Numbered from the stretch's first letter, positions 40,192 through 50,269 are shown. The stretch: DNA of 64,000 bases from Planctomycetota bacterium (GCA_038231435.1 JBBRLJ010000026.1:22565-86564), one strand, 5' to 3'. Numbers and translations: made by a program. The notes: generated by a model not told the origin, from the letters alone.

Positions 40192-40823
40192 CGCGCCTGC
40201 TTCAGCGCATCGAGCACCTCGTCCGAGGTGGTGACCACCCCGCCGGCGGCGCGGATCTCGGCGAACGCGCGCTCGCCGTCGCCCGCGACGATGTCCACGG
40301 CGCGGCAGCCGTCAGCGACCACCGCCACGCGCAGTCCGAGCGACAGCGCGTCGAGCGCGGTCGCCTTGACGCAGTAATCGGTGGCCAGGCCGACGATCAG
40401 CACCTCGTCCACGCCGTGCGCGCCCAGCCATTCGCCGAGCCCGGTCGAACGAAGCCGGCCGTTGTCGTTGAAGCCGCTGTAGCTGTCGATGGCCCGGTCG
40501 GTGCCCTTGTGGAAGACGCGGCCGATGCGGCGGCGGTCGAGCAGGGAATGGAACTCCGCCCCGGCCGTGCCCTGCACGCAGTGCGCCGGCCACAGCACCT
40601 GGGGCAGGCCGGCGAGCTCGCCAAGCTCGAATGCCGCCCGTCCCGGATGGTTGACGGCGAAGCTGCCGTGATCGAGCGGATGCCAGTCCTGGGTCGCGAC
40701 CACCAGCTCGGAGAGTTTCATCAAGCGGTTGGCGACCGGCACCACCGCGTCGCCATCGCGTACCGCGAGCGCGCCGCCGGGGCAGAAATCGTTCTGGATG
40801 TCGACGAGGATCAGCGCGCGCAT
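40188..40823 (-). CDS. pncA: Nicotinamidase/pyrazinamidase
   Basis: VDIQNDFCPGGALAV, TQDWHP..H, WPAHCVQGT, DSYSGF, GLATDYCV. Confidence 0.95.
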   Translation of the reverse strand: MRALILVDIQNDFCPGGALAVRDGDAVVPVANRLMKLSELVVATQDWHPLDHGSFAVNHPGRAAFELGELAGLPQVLWPAHCVQGTAGAEFHSLLDRRRIGRVFHKGTDRAIDSYSGFNDNGRLRSTGLGEWLGAHGVDEVLIVGLATDYCVKATALDALSLGLRVAVVADGCRAVDIVAGDGERAFAEIRAAGGVVTTSDEVLDALKQAR

Positions 40824-40856
40824 GGGACACCTCTGGTCAAATCGGTGATGGCCGGA

Positions 40857-41546
40857 TCAGATCTCGAAATTGAAGCCCTGCCTGGCGAGACCGCGATACG
40901 CGCGTTCATCGAAGCGGTAGAGCCGGGCCGCGCGATGCGCCACGTCCCGCTCGACTTCGTCGAGCTCCTGGAGGATGCCCAAAGTGAGCACCTTCTTGCG
41001 GAAATTGCGCTTATCGAGTTCGCGCTCGAGGATGGTCTCGTACATGCACTGCAGCTGGGTGAGGGTGAATTTCGGCGGCAGCAGCTCGAAGCCGATCGGC
41101 TGGTAGCGCACCTTGGCCTGCAGGCGCGCAAGCGCCGCCGCTACGATCGCGTCGTGGTCGAACGCCAGCGTCGGCAGATCGTCGACCGCGAACCACGCGG
41201 CGCTGCGCGCGTCGGTGGCGGCCTGCACGCGGTGGTCCAGCAGCTTGACCAAAGCGTAATAGGCCACGGTGACGACGCGCTCGCGCGGATCGCGGGCGAC
41301 GGCGCCAAAGGTGTAGAGCTGCTCGAGATAGACACGCGCCAGTCCGGTCTCCTCGCGGAGCTCGCGCAGGGCCGCCTCCTCGAGCGTCTCATCGACGTGG
41401 ACGAAGCCGCCCGGCAGCGCCCAGCCGCCACGGAACGGCTCGATGTCGCGCTGGATGAGCAGCACCTTGAGGTCGGTTTCATCGAAGCCGAAGACCACGC
41501 AATCGACGGTCAGCGCGGCCCGGGGATGTGCATAGGAGTGGGTCAT
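40857..41546 (-). CDS. nrtR: Nudix-related transcriptional regulator NrtR
   Basis: [15 protein letters not shown]...[24 protein letters not shown]...RDPR, LAFDH; wHTH FTLTQLQ..YE.IL...LDKRNFRKK. Confidence 0.93.
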   Translation of the reverse strand: MTHSYAHPRAALTVDCVVFGFDETDLKVLLIQRDIEPFRGGWALPGGFVHVDETLEEAALRELREETGLARVYLEQLYTFGAVARDPRERVVTVAYYALVKLLDHRVQAATDARSAAWFAVDDLPTLAFDHDAIVAAALARLQAKVRYQPIGFELLPPKFTLTQLQCMYETILERELDKRNFRKKVLTLGILQELDEVERDVAHRAARLYRFDERAYRGLARQGFNFEI

Positions 41547-41562
41547 GTGCGACTCTGACGAC

Positions 41563-41591
41563 AGATTAGTGTAGTTTATACACTAAGTCAA
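41563..41591 (-). promoter_or_regulatory. Sigma70-type promoter with NrtR operator upstream of nrtR
   Basis: Minus strand TTGACT-17 nt-TAATCT. Palindrome TTAGTGTA-GTTTA-TACACTAA at 41566-41586 fills the spacer. Confidence 0.85.
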
Positions 41592-43585
41592 GCTTTCGTC
41601 GCTGGCGCGAGCGCGCGAAGTTCGGCCAGCTCCTCGGCAAAGCCGCCCGAGAGGATCGGGAAGCGGCACCAGGTCTTGGGGTCGAGGTTCTCGTCGTCGA
41701 GATGGAATGACGGCGCGAAGCGCTCGCGCTTCCACTGGTTGCGGCACCACAGAGTGAAGAAGCGCACCACCCAGCCGCGCATGCGCTCGCCCGGCTGGTC
41801 GGGGTGCAGCGCGCGCATCGCCTTGAACACCTCGACCGGCGCGAGCTTATCGCGGATCGCCATCCGCTCGATGGCATCGAGCACCGGGAAGGGCATCAGG
41901 TCGTCCTCGGATTTCTGCGCCGCTTCGAGCGGACGCAGCTCGGGCGTCGAGCGCTGGCTGGTCACCACCTCGAGCTCCGGGATCGGACCGATACCGAGCG
42001 GCCCATCGGTCTGCATCCACGCCAGCCAGGTGCGCAGGAACGCCTTGTCGATGCCGGCGATCGGACTGAGGCCGCCGCAGGTATCGCCATCCATGGTGGT
42101 GTAACCGACCGCCGCTTCGCTGCGATTGCTGGTCGCCAGCAGCAGCGCGTCGCGCAGGTTCGCGATCATCCATACCCCTGGGGCTCGGGCGCGCGCCTGG
42201 ATGTTCTGCAGGGCGATGTCGTCATCCTGCCAAGTCGGGGCGCGTCCGAGCGCTTTGCCCACGGCCTCGGTGTAGCCGCGCACGAACGGCTCGACGTCGA
42301 GCTCGAGATGGTCGGCGCCGATCGCCCCGGCCACGCGCCGCGCGGCGACGCGGGTGTCATCCGAGCTGTTGGCGGTGCCCTGATAGACGGTGGTGAGCAG
42401 GCTCGCCACCAATCGGCCGCCGGCGCCAGGCGCGAGCACGCGGAGGTGGGCGAGACGCGCGCGGAATCCGTCCGCGCCCAGCCCGGCAACGCCGAGTCGC
42501 GCCATCATCGCGACCAGCGTGGCCACGGCGGTGGAGTCGGCGCCGCCGCTGAGACTGACGACGAAGCCCTGCGAGCGGCTCTTGCGCAGGTAATCGAACA
42601 GCGCCAGCGCCAGCGTGCGGGTGAATTCCTCCTCCTTGCGGCGCGGGCTCCCCTCCCACGCCGCATCGGATGTCGACGCCGCCGCGGGCGCGCCGGCCGC
42701 CGCCGGCCACGCGAATGGCGTCGTCACCAGTCCCAGCGGCTCCTCGAGCCGGGGAAGGAAGCTCGCCGAGCGTGCCGCGGCGAATCGTCCTGCGTCGACG
42801 TCGATGGTTGCGGCGGTGACGTGGTGCTCGTGGTAGCCCAGGCGCGGGCCCGCTGCGACGATGCGCCCGCTGTCGGCGATGAGCGCCCCGCCATCGTAGA
42901 TCGCGCGGCCTGCCTCGTTGCCGATCAGATTGGCGTAGACGTAGGCGACATTGAAGGCGCGCGATCCCTCGGTGACGAAGCGCCGGCGCACGTCGATCTT
43001 GCCGAAGGCGAAGTGGCTCGCCGACGGATTGAGGATGATGTCCGCGCCCGCGCTCGCGAGCGCAGCGCCCGGACGCCCGGCGACCCAGGCGTCCTCGCAG
43101 ATCTCGAATCCGATGCGCACCCCACCCACCTCGACGAGCAGGTCCCCGATCGGGACATCGTGCCCGGCCAGATGCACCATCGCCCGCTCGCCCTCGCGCC
43201 ACGGCTTGAACCAGCGCGGCTCGTAGTGGATACCATCACCCGCGAGGAAGCGTTTCGCGACCACCGCGACCAGGCGGCCGTCGACGGCGAGCGCAGCCGC
43301 GTCGAACAGCGCCTTGTGGTGCAGGACCGGCAGGCCGAAGGCGACCACCGAACCCGCGGTCTCGGGCAGCAGGTCGGCGAGCATACGCTCGGCGCGCTGC
43401 GCGGTGCCAGGAGCATGGAAGGCGTCCTCGCAGCCGTACCCGGTCAGGCACAGCTCGGGCAGGCAGAGCACGCTGACGCCGGCGGCGCGCGCCTCGCGCA
43501 GCGCCGAGAGGATGCGCCGGTGATTGCCCGGCCAATCGAGCGGCGTCTGGTTGAGAATCGCCGCGCCTACCGTGATGGGGAACAT
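41588..43585 (-). CDS. nadE: Glutamine-dependent NAD+ synthetase
   Basis: Nitrilase domain PELCLTGYGCED, K, EICEDAW; synthetase SLSGGADS, QNIQARAR, TSNRSE..VGY.T.DGD, QWKR. Confidence 0.95.
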   Translation of the reverse strand: MFPITVGAAILNQTPLDWPGNHRRILSALREARAAGVSVLCLPELCLTGYGCEDAFHAPGTAQRAERMLADLLPETAGSVVAFGLPVLHHKALFDAAALAVDGRLVAVVAKRFLAGDGIHYEPRWFKPWREGERAMVHLAGHDVPIGDLLVEVGGVRIGFEICEDAWVAGRPGAALASAGADIILNPSASHFAFGKIDVRRRFVTEGSRAFNVAYVYANLIGNEAGRAIYDGGALIADSGRIVAAGPRLGYHEHHVTAATIDVDAGRFAAARSASFLPRLEEPLGLVTTPFAWPAAAGAPAAASTSDAAWEGSPRRKEEEFTRTLALALFDYLRKSRSQGFVVSLSGGADSTAVATLVAMMARLGVAGLGADGFRARLAHLRVLAPGAGGRLVASLLTTVYQGTANSSDDTRVAARRVAGAIGADHLELDVEPFVRGYTEAVGKALGRAPTWQDDDIALQNIQARARAPGVWMIANLRDALLLATSNRSEAAVGYTTMDGDTCGGLSPIAGIDKAFLRTWLAWMQTDGPLGIGPIPELEVVTSQRSTPELRPLEAAQKSEDDLMPFPVLDAIERMAIRDKLAPVEVFKAMRALHPDQPGERMRGWVVRFFTLWCRNQWKRERFAPSFHLDDENLDPKTWCRFPILSGGFAEELAELRALAPATKA

Positions 43586-43625
43586 GGTCTTCTCCTCCTC
43601 CTACTCGCGTCTCGGACAGGTCGGG

Positions 43626-45119
43626 TCAGCTCGCGTCAACTTGGGGACAGCTTGGGGACAGCTTGGGGACAGGACGCGCCGAGAGCATCAGCCGCGTCTT
43701 GAGTTCGTGAAGCCCCTGCTCGAGACCGACCGGATACTGGTGCGGATTGTCGAAGCGCTTCACCCCCACGTGCAGCGACGCGAGCTGAGCGGCAGTGCGC
43801 TCGCGGCTGACGCTCGGAGCCGGCGCCTGGTTCACGATCGCGCCCTTCCTCATCACCGGGACGAGGAGATCCTCGTGCGCGAGATCCTCGGCGAAGTGCT
43901 TGCGCCGCGTCGCATCGAAGGGGTCTACCATGGTCGGCGCCGCGGAGATGCCCGACAACTCGTCGTAGAGGACGTCGCCGACGAACTCGCCATCGCCGCG
44001 GCGGAAGCGACGGATCTGCAGGATGCCCGGGTTCGAGACCTTCGCCGGCTGCTCGCTGAGCTTGATGCAATGCCGCCAGCTGCCGTCGTCCTCGCACATC
44101 GCGGTGAGCTTGTAGACGCCACCGAGCGCGGGCTGGTCGTGACCGGTGACCAGACGCGTGCCAACGCCCCACACCGAGATGGCGGCGCCCTGGTCCTTGA
44201 GGCTGGTGATCAGGCGTTCGTCGAGATCGTTCGAAGCGACGATCTGCGCCTTGGGGAAACCCGCGGCATCGAGCCGCCGGCGCGCCTCGATCGACAGCCA
44301 GGCGAGGTCGCCAGAGTCGAGGCGAATCCCGACCATCTCGTGGCCACCCGCGCGCAGCTCGCGCGCGATCGCGATCGCGTGCTCGACGCCCTCGATGGTG
44401 TCGTAGGTGTCGACCAGGAACACGCAGTTGTTCGGCATCGCTCCGGCGTAGGCGCGGAAGGCCTCGAGCTCGTCGCTGAAGGACATGATCCAGCTGTGCG
44501 CGTGCGTGCCGCGCACCGGGATTCCATGGCGCTTGCCGGCGAGCACGTTCGAGGTCGCATGGCAGCCGCCGATGAAGGCCGCGCGGCTGGCGGCGAGCGC
44601 GCCATCGACCCCCTGCGCGCGGCGGAGCCCGAACTCGAGCACCGCGTCACCGCGCGCGGCGGAGCAGATGCGCGCAGCCTTGGTGGCGATCAGGGTGTCG
44701 AAGTTGACCAGGTTCAGGAGCGCGGTCTCGAGCAGCTGCCCGTGCAGGATCGGTCCGCGCACGCGCACCAGCGGCTCGTGCGGGAACACCACCGTGCCCT
44801 CGGGCACCGCGTCGACGTCTACCGTCAGCCGCAAGCCGGCGAGATGATCGAGGAAACCGCGGTCGAAGAGCGCCTTGCCGTCATTGCCGGTCAAGGTCGT
44901 GAGGTAGGCGAGGTCGTCGGGCGAGAAACGGTAGTCGCGCAGGTAGTCGATGAGCGGCGCGAGCCCACATGCCACCGCGTAGCCGCCGGCGAAGGGAGAC
45001 TTGCGGAAGGACATGCTGAAGACCGCCTCGCGTTCATGGCGCCCGGTGCGCCAATAGCCGTAGGCCATGGTCAGCTGGTAGAGGTCGGTGAGCAGGGCGG
45101 AACCGTGCGCGTCATCCAT
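43626..45119 (-). CDS. pncB: Nicotinate phosphoribosyltransferase
   Basis: [51 protein letters not shown]. Confidence 0.96.
   Translation of the reverse strand: MDDAHGSALLTDLYQLTMAYGYWRTGRHEREAVFSMSFRKSPFAGGYAVACGLAPLIDYLRDYRFSPDDLAYLTTLTGNDGKALFDRGFLDHLAGLRLTVDVDAVPEGTVVFPHEPLVRVRGPILHGQLLETALLNLVNFDTLIATKAARICSAARGDAVLEFGLRRAQGVDGALAASRAAFIGGCHATSNVLAGKRHGIPVRGTHAHSWIMSFSDELEAFRAYAGAMPNNCVFLVDTYDTIEGVEHAIAIARELRAGGHEMVGIRLDSGDLAWLSIEARRRLDAAGFPKAQIVASNDLDERLITSLKDQGAAISVWGVGTRLVTGHDQPALGGVYKLTAMCEDDGSWRHCIKLSEQPAKVSNPGILQIRRFRRGDGEFVGDVLYDELSGISAAPTMVDPFDATRRKHFAEDLAHEDLLVPVMRKGAIVNQAPAPSVSRERTAAQLASLHVGVKRFDNPHQYPVGLEQGLHELKTRLMLSARPVPKLSPSCPQVDAS
43640..43672. repeat. 11-bp tandem repeat x3 in pncB 3' end
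   Basis: CTTGGGGACAG x3, exact. Confidence 0.85.
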
Positions 45120-45133
45120 GGCCAGCTCCCTTC

Positions 45134-45154
45134 ATAGTGTATATACGACACTAA
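45134..45154. promoter_or_regulatory. Second NrtR-type operator upstream of pncB
   Basis: ATAGTGTA-TATAC-GACACTAA has the same 21-bp architecture as 41566-41586. Minus-strand TTGACC at 45162-45167 and GGGAG RBS nearby. Confidence 0.8.
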
Positions 45155-45218
45155 GAGTCCCGGTCAAGGATGGTGAGCCGGCCCGCGCCACATCCATGCT
45201 GGTGCGCCCACCGCAGCG

Positions 45219-47417
45219 TCAGAGCAGCCCCGCCGCGTGGGCGAGGCGATGGACGGCGATGGCGAGGTGCGCGTCGATGATGCCGTCGGATGCGGCCAAC
45301 GCCCGGTCGAGCCGCACCCAGCGCAGCCCGCGGCCAGCGCTGGCCACGATCGCCGCGTGCGGCAGGACCAGTTCGGGCGTCACCCCGGGCGTCGACAGGT
45401 ACGGTCCACCGAGCTCGATGATGGCATCCGCGTGCAGCACGAAATCTCCAGCCATGCGCCCCCGCGTGAAGACCTCGGCATCGTCCAGGCTGACGATGGT
45501 CCTGGGCAGCCGCCATGCAGGCGCAGTCGCGATGCCGGCCGAGCCGTTGTAGGCCTGCGCTGCCGGCAGCTCGCGCCACTCGATACCGATGAGCCATGTT
45601 CCGGATGCCCACCGGCATGGAAGTGCCACCACCGTGGTGCGGCTGAAGCGGCGCGGGATGAAGTAGTCGCGTTCGACGGTGGCGACCATGGCGCCGTCGG
45701 CGGCCACTTCGTCGAAGATGCCACGGCGCGATTCGAGGAACGAGGAAGCGGCGGCGACGCGTTCGTACGGCGCGCCCGTAGGCGGCGACAGCGCGGCGTC
45801 ATCGCCGCGCTGCGGCTCGGCCACCTCTGCGCCCCCATGCGCGCCCGGCAGTTCCGCCCCGATCCACGGCCCCGCGGCGAGCCCGCACCGCCGCAGCAGC
45901 CGATAGCAGCCGAGTTCGAGCCGGGCGTCGAACATCCCGCCGACATGGCAGGCGCGCACTACCTGGCGTGCATCGAGCTCGCGCGCGCCATCCGGCGATG
46001 ATGCCGGCGGCGCGGCGCGCAGCTCGACTGCGTACGCCGACACCCGTTCGTCGATGCCGCCGGGCGAAGTCAGGTAGCGCCACGGCGGCGCGATGGCGAC
46101 GATCGACGCGCGGGTGAGACCGATGCGGTCGAGCGCCACGCGCTCGACCGCATCGGGCGACTCCTCGCCATGGAGGATGGCCGCGAGCGGTTCGGTGATG
46201 TGGCCGGACCAGCGAGTGCCGTGGAGATTGGGATCCGCGGCGGCGGCATTGACGATGGGCCGCGCGAAGCCCTTCTTCGCCATGACCATCAGCCGATCGC
46301 CTTCGCGCCGCCAGGGCAGCAGGTCGATGGTGCGCCCGGGGCGCTCCACCACGTCGTACACCGCGCCGCTGCCGCGGTGCCGCCACGACGCCTGCGCGAT
46401 GAACCCGGCGCCCACCAGCGGGACGCTCGAACGCTCGACGATGCGCACGCCCGCGCGCGGCGGGATGCGTTCGCCGACCACCAGCACGTTGGTGGGCGGC
46501 AGAGGCAGCGGTGCGCCAGAGGTATCCGCCAAGCGGATCTTCCCCCGGTAGCGGTTCGCGACGATCCACGGATTGCGGATCGGCATCGCCGTGACCACGC
46601 GCAGACCACGCCGCTCGAGCGCGCGCACGAGCTGGTCGAGGGTCCAATAAGTGTATTCCTCCTGGAGTTCGACCGCCCAGTCGGCGCGGTAGTCCTTGCG
46701 CAAGATGAACTCCTGCGCCGCGCGCAGCGGCAGGCGGAAGCGGCGCCAATCGCCGACCCCTTCGTCTGCATGGCCGGCTGCGGCGCCCATCTCGTGGAAC
46801 GGTACCGGTCCCGAGCGGTTCTGGCTGGAGCGGAACGATGCGGCGAAGCTGCGGAACAGCCGAGACGTCGACATGGCCGGGACCGAGACGCCATCAGCAT
46901 TTTCAGCATCGTCCCCATCGTCGGCACGCAGGTCGAGCAGGACCTCATCCGGACCGTCAGGCACCAGGAAGTCGCGGATCACCAACGCTCCGCCAGCGCG
47001 CAAGGCCGCGACCTGGTTGTCGATGCACTCCTCGAGCCGTTCGAGCGAGTAGCCGGTGAAGCTGGTGACATGGTGCAGCACCGACGAGTCGAGCACCGCG
47101 TCGAGGGATTCGGCGGGGAAGATCCGCTCGGCGATGTCCCCCACCGCGTACGAGAGGTTGGGCCGCCGATGAGCCTGGCGCGACGTGGCGACCGCGACCG
47201 GGTTGATGTCGACGCCGACCACCTCGAGCGCGGGATGCAGGCAGGCGAGGTCATATGTGCCCCTGCCCGAACCACTGCCCATGTCGGCGACGCGACCACT
47301 GGCCGGAAAATGCGCGGTGGTCAACGCCACCTTCTGGCGCATAGCCGCGTCCATCGCCGCGAAATAGTGCGCGTACGAATCCTGCGTGCCGCGATGCTGC
47401 GCGTCGTATCCGGCCAT
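45219..47417 (-). CDS. Class I SAM-dependent methyltransferase fused to two degenerate Nudix-like domains
   Basis: VADMGSGSG, VGVDIN, SSVLHH, GG.LVIRDF. Two later units end in YLTSPGGIDERV and YLSTPGVTPELV. Confidence 0.8.
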   Translation of the reverse strand: MAGYDAQHRGTQDSYAHYFAAMDAAMRQKVALTTAHFPASGRVADMGSGSGRGTYDLACLHPALEVVGVDINPVAVATSRQAHRRPNLSYAVGDIAERIFPAESLDAVLDSSVLHHVTSFTGYSLERLEECIDNQVAALRAGGALVIRDFLVPDGPDEVLLDLRADDGDDAENADGVSVPAMSTSRLFRSFAASFRSSQNRSGPVPFHEMGAAAGHADEGVGDWRRFRLPLRAAQEFILRKDYRADWAVELQEEYTYWTLDQLVRALERRGLRVVTAMPIRNPWIVANRYRGKIRLADTSGAPLPLPPTNVLVVGERIPPRAGVRIVERSSVPLVGAGFIAQASWRHRGSGAVYDVVERPGRTIDLLPWRREGDRLMVMAKKGFARPIVNAAAADPNLHGTRWSGHITEPLAAILHGEESPDAVERVALDRIGLTRASIVAIAPPWRYLTSPGGIDERVSAYAVELRAAPPASSPDGARELDARQVVRACHVGGMFDARLELGCYRLLRRCGLAAGPWIGAELPGAHGGAEVAEPQRGDDAALSPPTGAPYERVAAASSFLESRRGIFDEVAADGAMVATVERDYFIPRRFSRTTVVALPCRWASGTWLIGIEWRELPAAQAYNGSAGIATAPAWRLPRTIVSLDDAEVFTRGRMAGDFVLHADAIIELGGPYLSTPGVTPELVLPHAAIVASAGRGLRWVRLDRALAASDGIIDAHLAIAVHRLAHAAGLL

Positions 47418-47493
47418 CGGCCCTGGTTGTCCGGCTCGAGCACCTGGTTTCCAGACCCAACCTCCATGGATCCTGCGGATAGCCTGCGGATGG

Positions 47494-47688
47494 ATGGCGC
47501 AGGGACGGAAGTCAGCCGAGGCGGGCCATGGATCGCAGGGACTATTGAGAATCCGCCGCGACGCACACCATCGCGCGCGTGACCGACGCCGCGCCGCCGC
47601 CCAGGACGAGCTCGCGCGCCGACGCACGCTCGCGACGGCCGCACTCGCCGAGCTCGCGAGAGCGAAGGCCGTGGTCGATCAGCGCTGA
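47494..47688 (+). CDS. Possible small basic helical protein (64 aa)
   Basis: Fills the gap between two minus-strand genes; no family motif. Confidence 0.25.
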   Translation: MAQGRKSAEAGHGSQGLLRIRRDAHHRARDRRRAAAQDELARRRTLATAALAELARAKAVVDQR

Positions 47689-47757
47689 TCAGCCTCGGAC
47701 GGCGAGGTCTCGCCGCAGCACGCGGCCCTCAGGTCCCGAACGGTCTCCGAGCTCAGC

Positions 47758-50073
47758 TCAGCGCGTGCAATGCACGGCGTGCAGCGAACACGGCTCCAGG
47801 TCGAGGGTGACCGCGCCGGCCTTCACCGTCAGCGGCAGCTCGGTGGCGGCGTCGACCGCCTTGGCGGCGGCTTTGTCGGGCAACGGGATGCTCACGCCGG
47901 CATGTGCGACGGTGGCCGTGTTGCACACCACCAGCCACCAGCCGTGGGCGCCGCCGTCGATGCGCCGCACCACCACGCCCGGCGCGGGAGCCTCGCCCTC
48001 GACGAGCTCGCTCGGCAAGGCGGGAAGGGCCAGGAACGCCGCGTCGAAATTGCGCACGTATGTCGGGAAGCCGCGCGTCAGTACCGCGCCGGTGAGCTCG
48101 GCCAGGTGCGTCGGGTCGCCATTCGCCATCGCCAGCACCTCTCCGAGCATGCAGAAGGGCCCGGCGTATTCGGTATCGATGCACAGGTACCCGAACATCT
48201 CGTCGGGGATGGTGCGCTCATTGAGCGGATGGTGGCGTACCATGGCCAGTCCCGCGGGCGAGCGGAACGGCGCGATCGCCGTGGGATCGGACACCGTGTA
48301 GGCGCGGTTGAAGGGATACGCGATCATCACCCCGGGGGTGGTGGTGTAGCGTTTCGGATCGGCGGGCGGCGTCGCGTGCTGCCACTCCCAACCGCCCCAG
48401 GTGGTCGCCCAGTCGGTGACTGCGTCGCGGTATTCGCCCTTGGCGATGACCGCATCGAACGCTCGCACTGGCCGCTTGCTGCCCTTGGGCTTGCCCTTCG
48501 CATCCACCTCGCTCTTGGCGAGCAGCGTCTTCCAAGCCTCGACGTCGCCGCGCACCACCAGGGCGTCGCCGTCGATAGCTGGCGCGGGCTCGCCCGTCTG
48601 CGGGCTGAACAGCACGATCGGATCGACGATGCCTGCGGCCGAGAGGCGCTCACGCACGCCGATCAGGAAGTCGCGCCGCTGCTCGAACCACCAGTCGTAG
48701 TAGCGCTGGAGCAGCGCCTTGTCGGATGCCAGCATCGCGCGCGTCACCGCCGCTGAGTGGTTGGCCTTCGCCGAGAAGCGCGCGAGGGTCGCGTCTGCGA
48801 AGCCGACCGGCATGTTGCTCGGGCGATTGCGCAGCCACACGCCGAGGAAGCGCGCGCGCTCCTTGAGCCTGAACACCGTGCAGTCGAGGATCTTGGCGAA
48901 GTCCTCGCCGGTCTCGGGATCGGACACGTCGACCGTGGCGCGTTCGCTCCAGGTGATGTGGGTGTAGCTGGGCTTGCCATTGAGCGGCGTGGCGCGCTTC
49001 TGCAGGCCGAAACCCTTCACGCCGATCGAGCCGCAATATTCGTAGTACGGCAGGACCGGGATGCCCTCCTTGCCCATCATGGTCACGATGCGCTCCCACA
49101 GGTCCGGCGTCTTGGTCTGGTAGACCCAGTCGTTGGATCCGTACGGGGTGCTGTCCCAGCCCTGGTTGTGGCCGAACTCGAGCAGGTCCTTGGTGAAGGT
49201 GTCGATGCCGAGGAAACGCATGAGATGCACCTTGTCGGCGTACCAGTCGACGGGATCGACGAATCCGCGCTTCGCCGCGTCATCTCCGCCGATGACGCCG
49301 TCGGCCATCTCCTCGCGCCAGAACAGATGACGCCACGGCATGCCCTCGGGCGGGCGGTGCAGCGTGACGTCGAGAGCTTCTGGATGCTCGAGCGCGCGCA
49401 GGCGGATGTTCGCCACCGCCGCTCCGTGCGAACCCGGATGGCGAGCGCCTTCGGACTGGCAGATGATCACCCAGAAACCGTTCTCGGGACTGATCTCGGG
49501 AGTGTCCTTCTCGCGCTTGCCCTTGAGATCGGCGAAGCGGTCGTGCAGGCGGAAGACGCTCCGCCACGTGCGCATCGACTTCGAGAGCGGCAGGTCGAGC
49601 GATTCGGGATTCGTCTGCGTGTACACCTGCAGGGCGTCGCAGATCGAGCTGCCGCACGCCACCCCGCGCGCGCTGTTGTCGCCACGGTTGGCGATGAAGA
49701 ACGTGCGCGGCGAGTCCTCGGGGAACTCGATCTCGAGCACGTAGGTGCCACGCGGCGTGAGCTTGCCTTCGCCGAGGCGGACGCCGAAGCCTTTCGCGGC
49801 GCCATCGATCGGCAGCACGCGGCACGGGGCGCCAAGGCAGGTCTCGATGCGACTGCAGCCCTCGGGGATCTGGGTGAAATGGTGGCCTGGCGCGTCGCCG
49901 CCGATGCGCACCTCATCCACCACCGGCAACGCGGCGAGCTCGCGATCGAGATCCTTCGCCGCAGCGGTCGCGGGGACAGCCGGCGCCGGGACATCAGCCG
50001 CCTGGACCGAGGCCGTGGCGAAAATGGCGAAGGTGGCGAAGGTGGCGAGAAGGACGAAGGATGACCGATGCAT
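47758..50073 (-). CDS. Large secreted protein, candidate glycoside hydrolase-like enzyme
   Basis: AGGAG RBS; signal peptide ending VQA-AD; beta-rich N-terminus; aromatic/acidic core (WREEMADG, LLEFGHNQGWD, LPYYEY, WGGWEWQH). Confidence 0.75.
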   Translation of the reverse strand: MHRSSFVLLATFATFAIFATASVQAADVPAPAVPATAAAKDLDRELAALPVVDEVRIGGDAPGHHFTQIPEGCSRIETCLGAPCRVLPIDGAAKGFGVRLGEGKLTPRGTYVLEIEFPEDSPRTFFIANRGDNSARGVACGSSICDALQVYTQTNPESLDLPLSKSMRTWRSVFRLHDRFADLKGKREKDTPEISPENGFWVIICQSEGARHPGSHGAAVANIRLRALEHPEALDVTLHRPPEGMPWRHLFWREEMADGVIGGDDAAKRGFVDPVDWYADKVHLMRFLGIDTFTKDLLEFGHNQGWDSTPYGSNDWVYQTKTPDLWERIVTMMGKEGIPVLPYYEYCGSIGVKGFGLQKRATPLNGKPSYTHITWSERATVDVSDPETGEDFAKILDCTVFRLKERARFLGVWLRNRPSNMPVGFADATLARFSAKANHSAAVTRAMLASDKALLQRYYDWWFEQRRDFLIGVRERLSAAGIVDPIVLFSPQTGEPAPAIDGDALVVRGDVEAWKTLLAKSEVDAKGKPKGSKRPVRAFDAVIAKGEYRDAVTDWATTWGGWEWQHATPPADPKRYTTTPGVMIAYPFNRAYTVSDPTAIAPFRSPAGLAMVRHHPLNERTIPDEMFGYLCIDTEYAGPFCMLGEVLAMANGDPTHLAELTGAVLTRGFPTYVRNFDAAFLALPALPSELVEGEAPAPGVVVRRIDGGAHGWWLVVCNTATVAHAGVSIPLPDKAAAKAVDAATELPLTVKAGAVTLDLEPCSLHAVHCTR

Positions 50074-50269
50074 GCGGGCTCCTGGAGGAGGATGAAACGT
50101 GCCTGGGCGTGACGGCGCGCGCAATCCTGGGATCGACGTGCAACGGAAGCGTCCACGAGCCGGTGACTCGGCGTGATCAAATCTGGACAATCCCGGCCCA
50201 TTGCGGTCCCGGATCCGCAGCGAACATCCCGGCATCCCCAGGAAATTCCCCAGGAAAGAGCAGCGAGCG

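Noticed and set aside
37881..45119. NAD locus as an anti-phage or NAD-reconstitution defence system
   Set aside because: There are no phage, TIR or SIR2 genes, and the content fits a host NrtR-regulated salvage regulon.
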